A stretch of DNA of 31,450 bases from a virus (lineage: Duplodnaviria > Caudoviricetes), in IMG/VR virus record IMGVR_UViG_3300012953_000119, positions 1 to 31,450 of that record, one strand, 5' to 3'. The notes under the pieces were generated by a model that searched no databases, had not been told where the DNA came from, and was given only the letters and a program-made list of their open reading frames with translations. Below, in pieces: positions 5,352-19,200 of this stretch. A program made the position numbers and the translations under genes. Every line of letters begins with the position of its first letter. Position 1 is the stretch's first letter.

Positions 5352-7292
5352 ATGCCTTTTACACAATTTACAAGTTTAGATTTTGATCAAATCAAAACCC
5401 AAATAAGGAGTTATCTTCGATCAAACAGTAATTTTACTGATTTTGACTTTGAGGGTTCTAATTTTTCCGTCTTAATTGATACTTTAGCATATAACACTTA
5501 TATTAATTCATTTAATGCTAATCTAATTGCAAATGAATCATTCTTAGATTCTGCAACTATAAGAGAAAATGTAGTATCTCTTGCAAGAAATATTGGTTAT
5601 GTACCCCGTTCAAAATCCTCTGCAAAGGCGTTTGTCCACTTTACAGTGCCGATTAATGCAAATATACCAATATTGCACCTAAGACCAGGTTTAGTGTGTG
5701 TAGGAAGTGCAAATAATAGTACATTTAGGTTCTCAAGAACTCAATCTATGTCTGTTCCCGTTGTAAATGGGTTTGCAACCTTCGGATCAGCAGAAAATCC
5801 TATAGAAATACATCAAGGAACAGTTTTAACTTCCCAATTTATCTTTAATAATACATCAGATCAGCGATTTATATTAGGTAATACTTCTATTGATGCATCT
5901 ACAATCACTGTATTTGTAAAAGGTGCTGCTGATAGTGGTCTTGGAAGAGAATTTTCAATGATTGATAATATTCTCAAGATCAATAAAGACTCTGAAGTGT
6001 TCTTTGTACAAGAAGTTCAGGACGAAAAGTACGAAATACTGTTTGGAGATGGTTATTTTGGTAAAAAGATAGAAAATGATTCAATTATCACGGTAAGATA
6101 CATTGCTACTGATGGTGCAAATGGTAATGGTGCATCTGTATTTGATTTTCAAGGTGTATTTACTGATAAAGATCCTGGTGATTCTAATGCAAAAACAGTA
6201 CTTCCTTCTGATGGATTTGATGTAAACACTATTAATGGTGCTTCAAATGGTGCTGAAATGGAAGATGTTAGATCCATTAAGTATTTTGCACCTAGATTAT
6301 ATTCATCGCAGTATAGGGCGGTTACATCAAGAGATTATGAAGCAATAATTCAGTCAATTTATCCAAAAACAGAGTCTGTTGCAGTTGTTGGTGGTGAAGA
6401 ACTCAGTCCACCTAAATTTGGGCAAGTTCAAATTAGCATAAAACCCAAAAATGGAACATTTGTCTCTGATTTTGATAAACAAAACATAAAAAATAAGTTA
6501 AAAAGTTATGCAATTGCTGGAATTAACTCAGAAATTGTAGATCTTAAGATATTATATGTGGAAATTGATTCTGATATCTATTATAATACAAGTTTTATCT
6601 CAAATAATGAAAGATTAAAAACTAGAGTTGTAGATTCTCTTACAGAATATGCAAATACTGTTGATATTAATAAATTTGGGGGTAGATTCAAATATAGTAA
6701 GATTTTGCAGTTAATTGATCGTGTTGACAACGCAATTACCTCAAATATTACTAAAGTTAAGATCAGAAGAGATCTAAAAGTTTTAATTAATACCTTTGCT
6801 CAGTATGAATTGTGCTTTGGGAATAAATTCCACATAAATCCTGAAGGATTTAATATAAAAAGTACAGGATTTACTTTATCTGGGTCAAATGATGTTGTAT
6901 TTTTAACGGATATTCCAAATAAAAATGCAGATGGTAGTTTAGATGGAAGTGGAAAGGGTGTTTTAAGTGTTATTGCAAGAAATCAAAAAGATGAATTGAG
7001 AGTTGTTGCAAAATCTGCAGGAACTGTTGATTATCTTAAGGGTGAAATAATCTTAAATACCTTAAATATAACATCAACTTCTTCAGCAAATAATTTGATA
7101 GAAATACAGGCTTTTCCAGATTCTAATGATGTTATTGGACTTAAGGATTTATACCTCACATTTGACGTTTCAAATAGTAAGATAAATATGGTTAAAGATG
7201 TAATTGCTTCGGGAGAAGATGTTTCAGGCGTTGTATTCTCAAGAGATTATTACACTTCAAGTTACTCTAATGGAGATCTAGAGAGAAAATAA
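5352..7292 (+). CDS. gp6: Baseplate wedge subunit gp6
   Basis: LDFDQIK...FTDFDFEGSNFSVLIDTLAYNT...ESFLDSA.IRENVVSLARNIGYVPRS; YEILFGDG; QYRAVTSRDY. Confidence 0.95.
   Translation: MPFTQFTSLDFDQIKTQIRSYLRSNSNFTDFDFEGSNFSVLIDTLAYNTYINSFNANLIANESFLDSATIRENVVSLARNIGYVPRSKSSAKAFVHFTVPINANIPILHLRPGLVCVGSANNSTFRFSRTQSMSVPVVNGFATFGSAENPIEIHQGTVLTSQFIFNNTSDQRFILGNTSIDASTITVFVKGAADSGLGREFSMIDNILKINKDSEVFFVQEVQDEKYEILFGDGYFGKKIENDSIITVRYIATDGANGNGASVFDFQGVFTDKDPGDSNAKTVLPSDGFDVNTINGASNGAEMEDVRSIKYFAPRLYSSQYRAVTSRDYEAIIQSIYPKTESVAVVGGEELSPPKFGQVQISIKPKNGTFVSDFDKQNIKNKLKSYAIAGINSEIVDLKILYVEIDSDIYYNTSFISNNERLKTRVVDSLTEYANTVDINKFGGRFKYSKILQLIDRVDNAITSNITKVKIRRDLKVLINTFAQYELCFGNKFHINPEGFNIKSTGFTLSGSNDVVFLTDIPNKNADGSLDGSGKGVLSVIARNQKDELRVVAKSAGTVDYLKGEIILNTLNITSTSSANNLIEIQAFPDSNDVIGLKDLYLTFDVSNSKINMVKDVIASGEDVSGVVFSRDYYTSSYSNGDLERK
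7181..7188 (+). promoter_or_regulatory. Putative late promoter embedded in the gp6 3' end
   Basis: GATAAATA about 104 nt upstream of the gp7-like start. Confidence 0.45.
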
Positions 7293-10200
7293 ATGAGCAT
7301 AGGTATTGATAAAAGAATACAAGTAAATACGATAATTGAAAGTCAGTTACCTGAATTTGTCAGGTCTGATTTTCCGCTTGCAGTTGATTTTCTTAGACAA
7401 TATTATCTTTCGCAAGAATTTCAGGGTGGTACTACTGATTTAGTTGATAATCTTGATCAATATTTAAAGGTTGATAACTTAGTTCCTGAAGTTGTTTATG
7501 GAAACACTACTAGTACTGCTGCTCTTAATACGACTGATCAAATAATTGAGGTTACTTCCACAAAGGGATTCCCTGATACATATGGTCTTTTAAAGATTGA
7601 TAATGAAATAATCACTTATATTAGTAAAACAGACACAAGTTTTGTTGGTTGTATTCGTGGATTTAGTGGAATAAGTGGGTATAATGTTGGTATATCAACA
7701 TCATTAGATAATGTCAATAAAGAGGGATTAGTATTTGAGGATACAAAGGCAGAATCTCATGATTCGGGTGCAACTGTTACCAATTTAAGTGTATTATTCA
7801 TACAAGAATTTTATAAAAAGTTAAAGAAAACTTTTTTACCTGGATTAGAAAATAATGATTTTGTTGAAGATCTTGATGTAGGAAATTTTATTAAGAATGC
7901 AAGATCATTCTATCAGTCCAAAGGTATTGAAGAATCTATAAAGATTCTATTAAGAGTATTATTTGGTGAAGAATCTATAGTTTTAGATTTGGAAGACCGA
8001 TTAATTAAACCATCTACATCCGAATTTATAAGAAGAGAAGTTATAATTGCTGAACCAATAAGTGGAGATCCATCAAAATTAGTAGGTCAAACTGTTACTA
8101 AATCTACAGATTTATCAACTAGTGGATCTGTTTCTGAAGTTGAAATATTAACTAGAAAAAATAAAGTATATTACAAGATTTCTCTATTTGTTGGTTTTAA
8201 TGATAGAGATCTAATTAATGGAATATTTACAATTCCAGGTAAAACTAAAGTTTTAGAGACTTCTTTAGTAGATGATAAAATTCTTTCAGTTGATTCAACT
8301 GTAGGATTTGCTGAAAGTGGATATGTTTTATGTGGTATAAACTCAATTACATACACTTCAAAGTCTGTTAATCAATTCTTTGGTTGTAGTGGAATAACTT
8401 CACCAATTTCTACTGGAGATGATGTTAGAGCTAATGAAGTTATTTTTGGATATGAGGATGGTGATTTAAGTAAAAGAGTTGATTTAAGAATTACAGGAGT
8501 TTTATCAGAGTTTAAAGCAATTTCTGATATATCTTTAGTTAAAAAAGGTGAGAAGATTTACGTTAAGAATGTAGGTGAATCTATAGTAAATCCAATTTCT
8601 GGTAGAACATATAAAGAAATATTTGCAAATTCTTGGATATACAACACTAGTTGTAGATATCAAATTGATGAAATCATAGGATCTACCCTTAGATTGGGAA
8701 GTAATATTGATAAATCCAGTTTAAAAGTTGGTGATAAAGTTGAGATATTAAAGAGAAACTCTGAAATTGTTGAAGTTTCTTTTGCAGAAGTTACAAGTGT
8801 TGGTATTAATAAAGAAATTACATTATCTGGTTTATCTTCATTCACACCTACTGTTGGGGAATATTATGATTTAAGAAGAAAATTAAATAAAGCATCTAGT
8901 AATGGTATAGAAATATTGGATGGAAATTTAAATATTCTATCTGATATTTTAAATGTATATGTTGATGATGAAAAGGATGCGTATGTTGCATCTAATTCAT
9001 TACCAAGTTATACCTTATCATCTGATGTTAAAGTTTCTTCTATAGGAATATCATCCGCACTTCCAAATTTATCAGAATATAGCAATTTAACTGATGATTT
9101 TGGAATGATTACATTCCCTACTAATGATTTTAAACTGATAACTGGAGATGCTGTAGTATATACCTCTGACAATGCTCTAGAAGGGTTAGTATCGGGTGAT
9201 ACTTATTATATTGAAAAAATCCCCATGCAACAAAATGTGGGTATTCAAAGCGTTAGAATATACCAATCAAGGAGTTTAATTTTTAACTCACTTGAATGTC
9301 AGAGAGTAAAGAATCAAACAATAGAAGCATCTCATACCTTTACGAAGATAGATGAATATAATAAAAAATTAGATGCAAATAAAATTTTAAGAAAATTCCC
9401 ATTAACTCAAAATTTATACGTTTCTGGTAGCGAAAAAACTCCTATTAATGACATAGGTATGTTAATTGATGGAGTTCAGATAAGATCTCCAATTTCAGAT
9501 GATTATATTTACTATGGTCCAGTTGATTCTGTAGATGTATATAATTCTGGTACAGATTATGATGTAGTAAATCCACCAAAAATAGTATTATCTGATAGTG
9601 TTGGTGGAGGAACAACTGCTTTAGTTGAACCAGTTATTAGTGGTTCTGTTAAGCAAGTTATTGTAGATCCTCATGATTTTGATATTGAGGAAGTGAAATC
9701 ACTGTCTTTAAGTGGTGGAAATGGATCTGGATGTTTATTAGAACCAATTATTGGTATTAGATTTAGAGAACTTGAGTTTGATAGTAGAGATATTTTCTTT
9801 TCTGGTGGTTTATCAATTGATGATGAAACTATATCCTTTAAAACACCCCATTTCTTATTTCCAGGTGAAACAATCTATTATAATAGTAATGGTAATCCAC
9901 CTTTAGGTATCGGACCATATAAAGCAGCAAGTAATATTGCTACTGGAAGATTAGCAACGGGTGCTCCATATAATGTTAGAATTATAAATTCTAGAACAAT
10001 ACAATTACACAATTCAAAAGATGAAGCACTAGTTGGTATTAATACAATTGGTATTTCAACAGCAACTAATGCTGCAGGTATTCATAAATTTAGAACAGTA
10101 TCTAAGAAGAAATTACAATCTGTTAAAGTAATTAATTCTGGTTCTGATTATCAATACAGAAAGTTACACGTTAAACCGTCTGATGTTTCTACAAGTTATT

Positions 10201-13200
10201 CTAAAATAATTTTTAAAGGACATGGATTTGCGGATGGTGATTTTATTGAATATACAACATCTGGCACTGTAATCGGTGGATTAAATGGTGTTAATTATTA
10301 CATATTGAAAATTGATGATAATTCTTTCAGATTAGCAGATTCAAAAGAGAATTATGATAGACGTAATTATGTTGAATTAACTAATGAAGGAGTGGGATTA
10401 CAAACATTTAAATATCCAGATATTAAAGTAGATTGTCAAGTTTCTTATGGGTCAACTGTTACTGGAACATTTAATTTCACTCCAATAGTTACTGGTGGTA
10501 TTATTGATACTTATTTGTATGAAAATGGATCAAAATATGGAAGTATAGTACTAAATCATCAAAGAAATCCTGAAGTAACTATTAAAAATGGTGTAAATGG
10601 AGTAGTAAAAGCATCTGTTGTTGATGGTAAAATTGTTGATGTTCATGTTTTAAATAGAGGTTATGATTATAATTCTCCACCAGAAATAAAAGTAGAAACA
10701 ACTGGTATAACAACTACAGGAGTTATTGGTAATGGTGCTATTCTTAAACCAGTAGTTACTGATGGTAGATTAACTGATGTAGAGGTAATTAATAGTGGTA
10801 TTGGATATACATCTAATCAATTAACATTAAGTGTTATTCCGAGAGGGCGTAATGCATTATTTGAGCCAAGAATTAGAAAATTAACTATAGACAATAGGCA
10901 TAGACAAGGTAATTCAGTATTAACTCCAGATGGTGATGATAATTTAAATTTTGCTGTTCATGGATATACTCCAGAAATTTCAAATCAATTTAATGATAAT
11001 GGAACAAAACATTCACCAATTATTGGTTGGGCATTTGATGGAAATCCAATTTACGGACCATATGGATATACAGACCCTAGTAGATTAGGTCCTACAGTTG
11101 GAATTTTAACATCTGGATATAAGTTAAGTAAGGATAAAGTTATAGATCGTCCAACTGTAAGTGAATTTGAAGAATCTGGATATTTTATTGATGATTGGCA
11201 ATATGATCCAGATAATGGTAATTTAGATGAACATAATGGAAGATTCTGTAAGACTGATGAATTTCCTAACGGTGTTTATGCATATTTTGCTAGTGTAAAA
11301 CCTAGTACTCAGTCAAACACGTTAGAACCATCTTTCCCATATTTTATAGGTAAGAAATATAGATCACCGTTTATATCTTCTAATACAACTTTATCACAAG
11401 AGTTTGATTTTAATAATTCTAATTTATTGAGAAATACCTTCCCATATAAAGTTGGTGATGCTTTAGCTGATAATGATTTTATTGTTGAATCGAACGAATA
11501 TTTAAGACAATTAACAACTGTTGAATCCGTAACTACAGGTATAATTGATGATTTAGAGGTTTTAGATGGTGGAATTGGATATAAAGTTGGAGATTATACT
11601 AATTTTAATGATGAAAATACAGGTGGAACAGGTCTTCGTGGGCAAGTTAAATCTTTAGTTGGTATTGGAGTTTCTAGTATTGAAACTCAATTAGATAAAT
11701 TTGAGAATGCTGTATTTACTTGGAAGAATAATAAGGAAGTTATTGCTACGTATTTGCCTTTCATTGAATTAAATGATGGAGATACTGTTTCTATTTCTGG
11801 ATTAAGTAGTTCAATACCACATCTTACTAATGCGTTTAATATCGGTATTCATACTGAATCTTGTGGATTAGCACAATCTATGACTGCTAATGCAATAGTT
11901 CAAGGTAGGGTTGATGATCTTTATGTTGATATAATACCTAAAACAATTTCAATTGGTTCTAGTATAAGGGTTAATAATGATGAAATAGTTAAAGTATTGA
12001 ATGTATTTGATATTGGTTCTATTGTAAGAGTTAAAAGATTTGGTGTAGGTGCTGCTCATACTTATGGATCTAAATTAGATGTATTGAACAGTCAAATATC
12101 AATACCTGTTCATACTGAAAGATTTGAATCATCTCTTGATGAATCTGTTTATTTCAATTCTAGGCAGTCAGTAGGAGTTGGAACAACTGCTGGTGGTGGT
12201 ATTACTGTTGACTATGTTGTGGGAGAAACAACTACAGAAATACCAATTCCTACTAGAACAATTTACATTCCAAATCATCCATTTAAAACTGGACAAGAAT
12301 TAACATTTACTAAGAGAGGTACTGCATCATCTTTAGTTGTAGGTAATAGTGATCAACCAACAAATCTATTCAATATTCCTGATGTTACTGATGACGTATC
12401 AACTGTTTATGCTATTAACAAGGGGCAAAATTATATTGGTCTTGTAACTGAAAGGACTTCAATTGGAAGTACAAGTGAGGGATTATTCTTCCACGGTAAT
12501 GGGTCTGATGACTTTGAATATAATTTAAAAACTAATCATAAACAAATTACTGGTGATATTGATAAAATCATTTCAACAGTAGTTACTAAGATTGGGGCAG
12601 CTAATACAGAAACACACGGTTTAAGTAATGGTGATATAGTTAATCTTACTGTTGTGCCAAATGCTGTTGTTGGATTTGGTTCAACATCACCTTTAGGTTT
12701 ATATTTTAATGAAGATAATCAAAAATTATTAATTAATACTGTTGGTTTTAGTTCAGCAGGAATTAATACTGAGACTGGAGTAATAACTGTAAATGATCAT
12801 GGTTATAAGACTGGAGATAAAGTTTTCTATGATGTTACTTCATTTGGTAATCCAGACACTACAGAAGGATTAGAGGAACCATGCTATTACGTTTATGAAC
12901 TAAGTAAGAGTACATTTAGACTGGGAGAAACTTTAAAGGATGTAGAAAATACATCACCAAGATTAATTGGAATTAACTCAACTGGTGGTAGAGATCATCA
13001 TTTATCATTAGTTAATCCTCAAATTAAAGCTATAAAGAATTCTGGAGTGACATTTAATGTTTCCGATCCTTCTTTAGATGGATATGATCTTAAATTCTTC
13101 TATGATAGAGAGTTTAAGAATGAATTTATCAGTGCTCAAGATAGTAGCATATTTAATAGAACTGGGGTTGGTACTGTTGGTGTAGGTACAACATCTACAA

Positions 13201-16200
13201 TATCAGTTTCATTCACTAAAACAACACCAACATCACTCTATTATGGTTTAGAGAAGGGTGGATATATTAGTACTGCAGATCCTTTAGTTAGAAATTATTC
13301 AGAAATTAAGTTTGTTGATAGTGTTTATAGTGGAGATTATAAGATTTTTGATATAACTCCAGATACATTTAAAATTTCTCCAACAAGAATTCCAGAAATA
13401 CTTTCATATAAGGAAGATCAATGTGAAAAAATAGAATATTCAACAGAATCAAAAACGGTTACTGGTGCAATAAAAAATCTTAAAGTAATATCCAGAGGAT
13501 TTGATTATAGAAGTATTCCTAAATTTACTGAAGTTGTTAGTGATAATGGAAAAAATGCAAATATTGTAGCAATATCAACATCTATTGGTAGAATTGCTGA
13601 TGTAAGAATAGTTGATATTGGTTATGAATATCCTTCAGATAAAACTTTAAGTCCAGAAGCATTTGTTTCTCCAGTTATTAGAATTGATAATGTAGATACT
13701 ATTAAGTCTATTACTGTAATTGATGGTGGTAAGGAATATCTATCTGCTCCAGATATATTAGTTTATGATCCTGAATCTGATAAAATTGTAGATGAAACAT
13801 CTGCATACTCTACAGTACCTAATCAATCAATATCATCTATTAATATTATTGCACCAATTCAGGGGTTAAATTCAGTAAATCATAGAATTATTGCAGTTAA
13901 TAATTCAAATGGTATTGGTATTAACTCTATGGCAGGTAGTTGGTCTGGAATTGTTACTTGTACATTAGAAACACCGATAACAGGGTTTATTACACCACCA
14001 TTTGCAAATGGAGATGAAGTATTTGTTGAAGGTGTTGATTTGTTTGGAGCATCTGGTATAGGAACTCAAGGTAATGTAAGTTCTTCTGGTATTGATACTA
14101 CTGGTACTGGATATAATTCTAAAGATTATCAATTTAAATTCTTTAAAGTTGAAAACTTTACAAATTCAAATCCAGCAGTTTTAGAATATAGTTTAGCTGG
14201 ATTAACAACAAATCCAGGTATTGCAAAAACTTTCCAATCTGGATATGCAAATATAATAAACAAATCAAATTATCCTGTATTTGAAGTTTTTCAAGAAAGA
14301 GGAACATTTACTATTAATGAAACTCTTTATATTGAGGAAAATGGGCAATTTGTAGAGAAAGATTTAAAAGTTGTAGAATCTAGAGAAGATTTTATTAAAA
14401 TTGATGGTAAGTATGATATACAAGTTGGTGATAGATTAAAGGGTGCTAATAGCAATGTTAGTGCAACAGTTACAGATATTATTGGTAATAAAGCTAAGTT
14501 TAAGGTAGATTATTCAAATAGACAGGATATTGGATGGGTTGATAATATTGGAAAATTGAATGAAGATTTTCAAGTTCTTCCTAATAATGATTATTATCAA
14601 AATCTTTCATATTCTATAAAGAGTCCAGTTACATGGGATAAACTTGTTGATCCTATTAATAGATTGGTTCATCCATCAGGTCTTAAAAACTTTGCTGATG
14701 TTGGTATAACTTCTAGTATTAATGTTGGTATTGGAACTACAATTCAAGCAACTCCCGTTATAGTTGTAGATCTTTTAGGTGATAAGAGAGTTGATACTAT
14801 AAACAATTTTGATCTTGCAAGAGATTTTGATGCTAGACCAGAAAATGATCCAACAAAATCAAAATTTGTTACTTTTGATAATTTAAAATTAACTGATTTT
14901 ACAAAATGTAAGTCAAATAGAGTATTAATTCATGATGATATTAGTGGTAAATTCTCTAGTAAGGGATTTCAAGATTTATTTACTGAAATAGAGGAAATTG
15001 ATAATAATTTCACAAAATATTTAATTCAAATAGTAGATGCAGATACACAAGATGTTCAATTTAGTGAATTATCGGTTCTAACTACAACTTCAGATGCATT
15101 CTTGGTGAAAAAATCTTCAGATTATTCAAATATGAAGTTGGGTGATTTTACAGCAACTGCTGATCTTTTTGGAAGAAAAACTTTAGTATTCACACCAACT
15201 GAAAAATTTGATCGTGATCATGATATAAAAATATTAAAAACAGAATTTGTCAGTAATGCTATTGTTGAAGGAACCAAATCAATTGGAAGTATTGACATAA
15301 CAGGAACTAACCTTAAAGTTGCAATTGCTCAAACAGATTCTAATAATAATATTAGTGGATTTACTACTACAACTATTGCTTCATTCCCAGAAACTGATTT
15401 TAATGGTTTTGTTGCTGATGTAGTAGTTCAGAATGATATTACTAAAATTCTTAATTATGGTGAAGTAACCGTTGATTTTGATGGTACTAATATCTACTAT
15501 GCAGAAACATATGTTGATAGTTTAAATTCATCATATAGTGCATCTAGAGTTGGAGTTTTAACTGCCAGATATGATTCTGGAATGATTTATTTGGAATGCG
15601 AAAACCAGACTAAGCAACTTATTAATGTAAGTGCAAATATTGTAGGGTTAGGAACAACAACTGCAGGAATATCAACTTATCGTTATTCTGTTCCTGGTCA
15701 ACCAGGTGGTGCAGAAAGAAGTGCTAGATTGGAATCAATGTATGAAACTGGTACTTCAAGTCCAATATTAGTAACCAGAATCGATAAAAGAATTGATAGT
15801 AGTGTTAAGTCTATTGTAAGAGTTTGTAATGAAATGCAAGAATCTGCAATACATCAAGTTGTTGTTCTGCAAGATGAAGGTGATGTTACAACAATTCAAT
15901 ATCCATTTATAGGATCGTCTAATACTGGAATAGGTACTTTTGGATCTGTGACAGATGGTGATTGGGTTGATATTAATTTCTATCCAGATACATCTCAAAC
16001 ATCATTAATTGAAGTTCAATCATATAACACAGTCTTTAATACTTTAAATGATTTTGTTAATACACCATATCCACTTGAAATTGGACCAACATCAAAAGAA
16101 ATATTCTTATCCTCTTATGATGGTGTAAATGGTGATAGAGCAAATAAGGTTAATTTTGAATTAGAACATGAAGGAATTCCAATTTATAGGAAGATTTTTA

Positions 16201-19200
16201 ATCCTGCAGATACTAATCAAATAGAATATCATAGTGGACTATTCACAATATATGATCATTTCTTTAATGATAATGAAGAATTGGATTATGCTCCTGGTTC
16301 TAGTTTTGTTGGGGTCGGTGCAACACCAGTTTCTATAGGATCTACAACAAACCATGCTGGTATTGTAACTGATCTTTTCCCAGATAAGGTTTTTGTTAAG
16401 GTTGTAGATGAAAATAAATTCAAATTATACAGTAGAAAAGAATATATTGATGTTGGTGTTGCTATTACATTTACTGGTGTAGGTGAAGGTAATGCTCATG
16501 AATTGGAGATGACCAAGAAACTTTCAAAGACAGTTATTGGTTTAGATGGAATTGTTCAGCAACCAGTTACATATACTACTATTGAACATACTCTTGATGG
16601 TGCTATTGGTACTGGAACTTCACAATTCGTTCTTAGTGGAATTAGTTCAGTTCAACCTAGAGATGTTCTTTTAGTTGAGAATGAATATATGAAGGTTGAG
16701 CAGGTTGGATTCTCTAGTTTACCTGAAGGAACAATTAATGATTCTACTGATGTTGCACTAGGAATATCCACTCTACCTGTGGTTAAAGTTAGAAGAGGAT
16801 CTTTGGGTATAGGAGCAACTCCACATAGCGACGGAATCGCTGCTAGGGTGCATAGAGGATCATTCAATATTGTTGATAGTACTGTATGGTTCTTAGATCC
16901 ACCTAAAGGAAATACTAGAGAAAGAAGAGATGAGACAAATTTACCTTATGTAAAAGCAGAATTTAGTGGAAGAACATTCTTAAGAAGTAATTATGATACT
17001 AATATGGTGTTTGATGATATTTCCGATGCTTTCACTGGAATAGGTAAAACCTATACAATGACTGTTGGTGGTGCTAATACAGAAACTGGTGTTGGTATTG
17101 GAAATGGTATTTTATTCATTAACGGTGTATTCCAAACACCACTTACTCTGAATAATGCAGGTAATAATTATGAAATAGAATCAGATGCTACTGCAGGTAT
17201 TTCAAGTGTTATATTTACTGGAATTACTTCAGAGAATGGAACTCCAATGCAATCGGAGTTTGATATCAACCAGAATCAACTACCAAGAGGTGGTCTTATT
17301 GTTTCTATGGGATCAACTCCTGGTCTTGGTTATGCTCCTCTTGTTGGTGCAACAGTTAAAGCAGAAATAACCGATAATAGTAATTTATTTGCTGCTGGTT
17401 CTATTAGTGATCTTGTAGGTATTGGTACTTCATCAAAATATAGTCTTGGTATTCAAACTGCTGCATATGACAATAAAACTGGAATCATAACAGTTACTAC
17501 CAATGATATTCATGGATATGCTCTTAATTATCCAAAAACTGTTCATTTAAAGGATTTAGAATTTAAATGCCCAACCAAAGATGTTGGTACTCCTGTTACT
17601 GGTGGAACTGGATATGACCCATCAACTGGCGAATTAACAATAAAAATTGCCAATCACGGTCTTCAGTCTGGTGATGCTATTAAATTTAAGAAAGAATCAT
17701 TAGTATTCAGTTGCACCTTTGGTAGTGGTGGAAGTAAATCTTATCCTAGAGAAACTGATCCTGCATTTGACAAGTATCTTTATATTGATACTGTAACTCC
17801 AGATACATTCAAGGTCAATGTTTTATTAGGAACTACACCAACAAATACAGATCCACATACATTTGTATCTGCAACTGCCAATGCAGTTCAAACTCTTAAC
17901 TATGTTGGTATTACAACTTCAATTTTCCAAGATCATGAAAGAGCATTACCTGTAGTTGGTATTGTATCCGATAGAACATTTGAAGTTCAAGTAGGGATGA
18001 CTACTATTCCACACACTTATCATGGTGGTGGATATGCATATGAATTCTTTAATGATCTAACATTTGGTTCTGGTTATAGAAATCCTGTTTCTATTGGTGT
18101 TACTGATATAGAATTTGAACATAAATTTGTTTCTTCTGGTGCAAATTCTATTGTTGCTAATACAACAACTAATTTCACACCAACTAATGTTGATTATATT
18201 TCATCTACTGGTGAATTAATATTAACTTTAGGAAATAATCATGGATTATCTCAAGCAACATTACATGATGTAAATGGTGCATCATATTCTCCAGGAACTG
18301 GTACATTAACAATAACAAGTGGTGTTCTAATTAATGGACATGGTTTCCAAAATGGTGATTGGATTAAATTAAAAGATCATTCATTAACATTTACTTGTGC
18401 AATGGATGGTAATACGTCTCAAAAAACTTATCCAAGACCTTCTGATCCAATAAGTGGAAAATGGGTACAGATTAGTAATATAACTCAATTTACTTTTGAT
18501 ATTGCTTGTGGTGCTTCACCTGGAATATCATTTACACCATCAGACGCAAAATATGATCCAGTAACTGGTTTAATGGAATTAACTATTGGTTCTCATGCAT
18601 TAGTACCAGGAACTAGTGTAAAACTTGCAACTGAATCTATTAAATTTACATGTGATGTTGATAATAACCAAACAGAGAAATCTTATCCAAGAGCAACTGA
18701 TCCTTATAATGATACTGCTATTAAAATTGAGTCTGTTACTGATACAACAATTACTGTTAAAGTTCTTTCTACCGTTCCATCAACTAATATAACAAGACAT
18801 ACATTTACTCAAGCTTTAACAAATGCAGTAACGACTGGTGGAAATTATGTTCATAATTTTATTACAGGTTTAGATGTTGCGAAAGATTCATTATTAAGAA
18901 CATCTGATACAGTTAAAATTAGAACAGGATCTTTAAACTTTACTTGTTCTAGAGATAATCATAATAGTGTTCATCCATATCCTCGTGCAACTGATCCTGC
19001 TGCTAATGTAACATTAGGTATTGATAATATTACTACAAATACTATTACCGTTAATGTTGGTTCTGGTGGTGGCGGTGGAACAGGTGCTATTATTGAGGCA
19101 GAACCTGGTATTAACAAACATAAATTTGTAAGTGCTGTTGTAGGTGCAGCATATACTGGTGGAAATTATATTCACATATTTACTCCTGGATCAGAAAATA

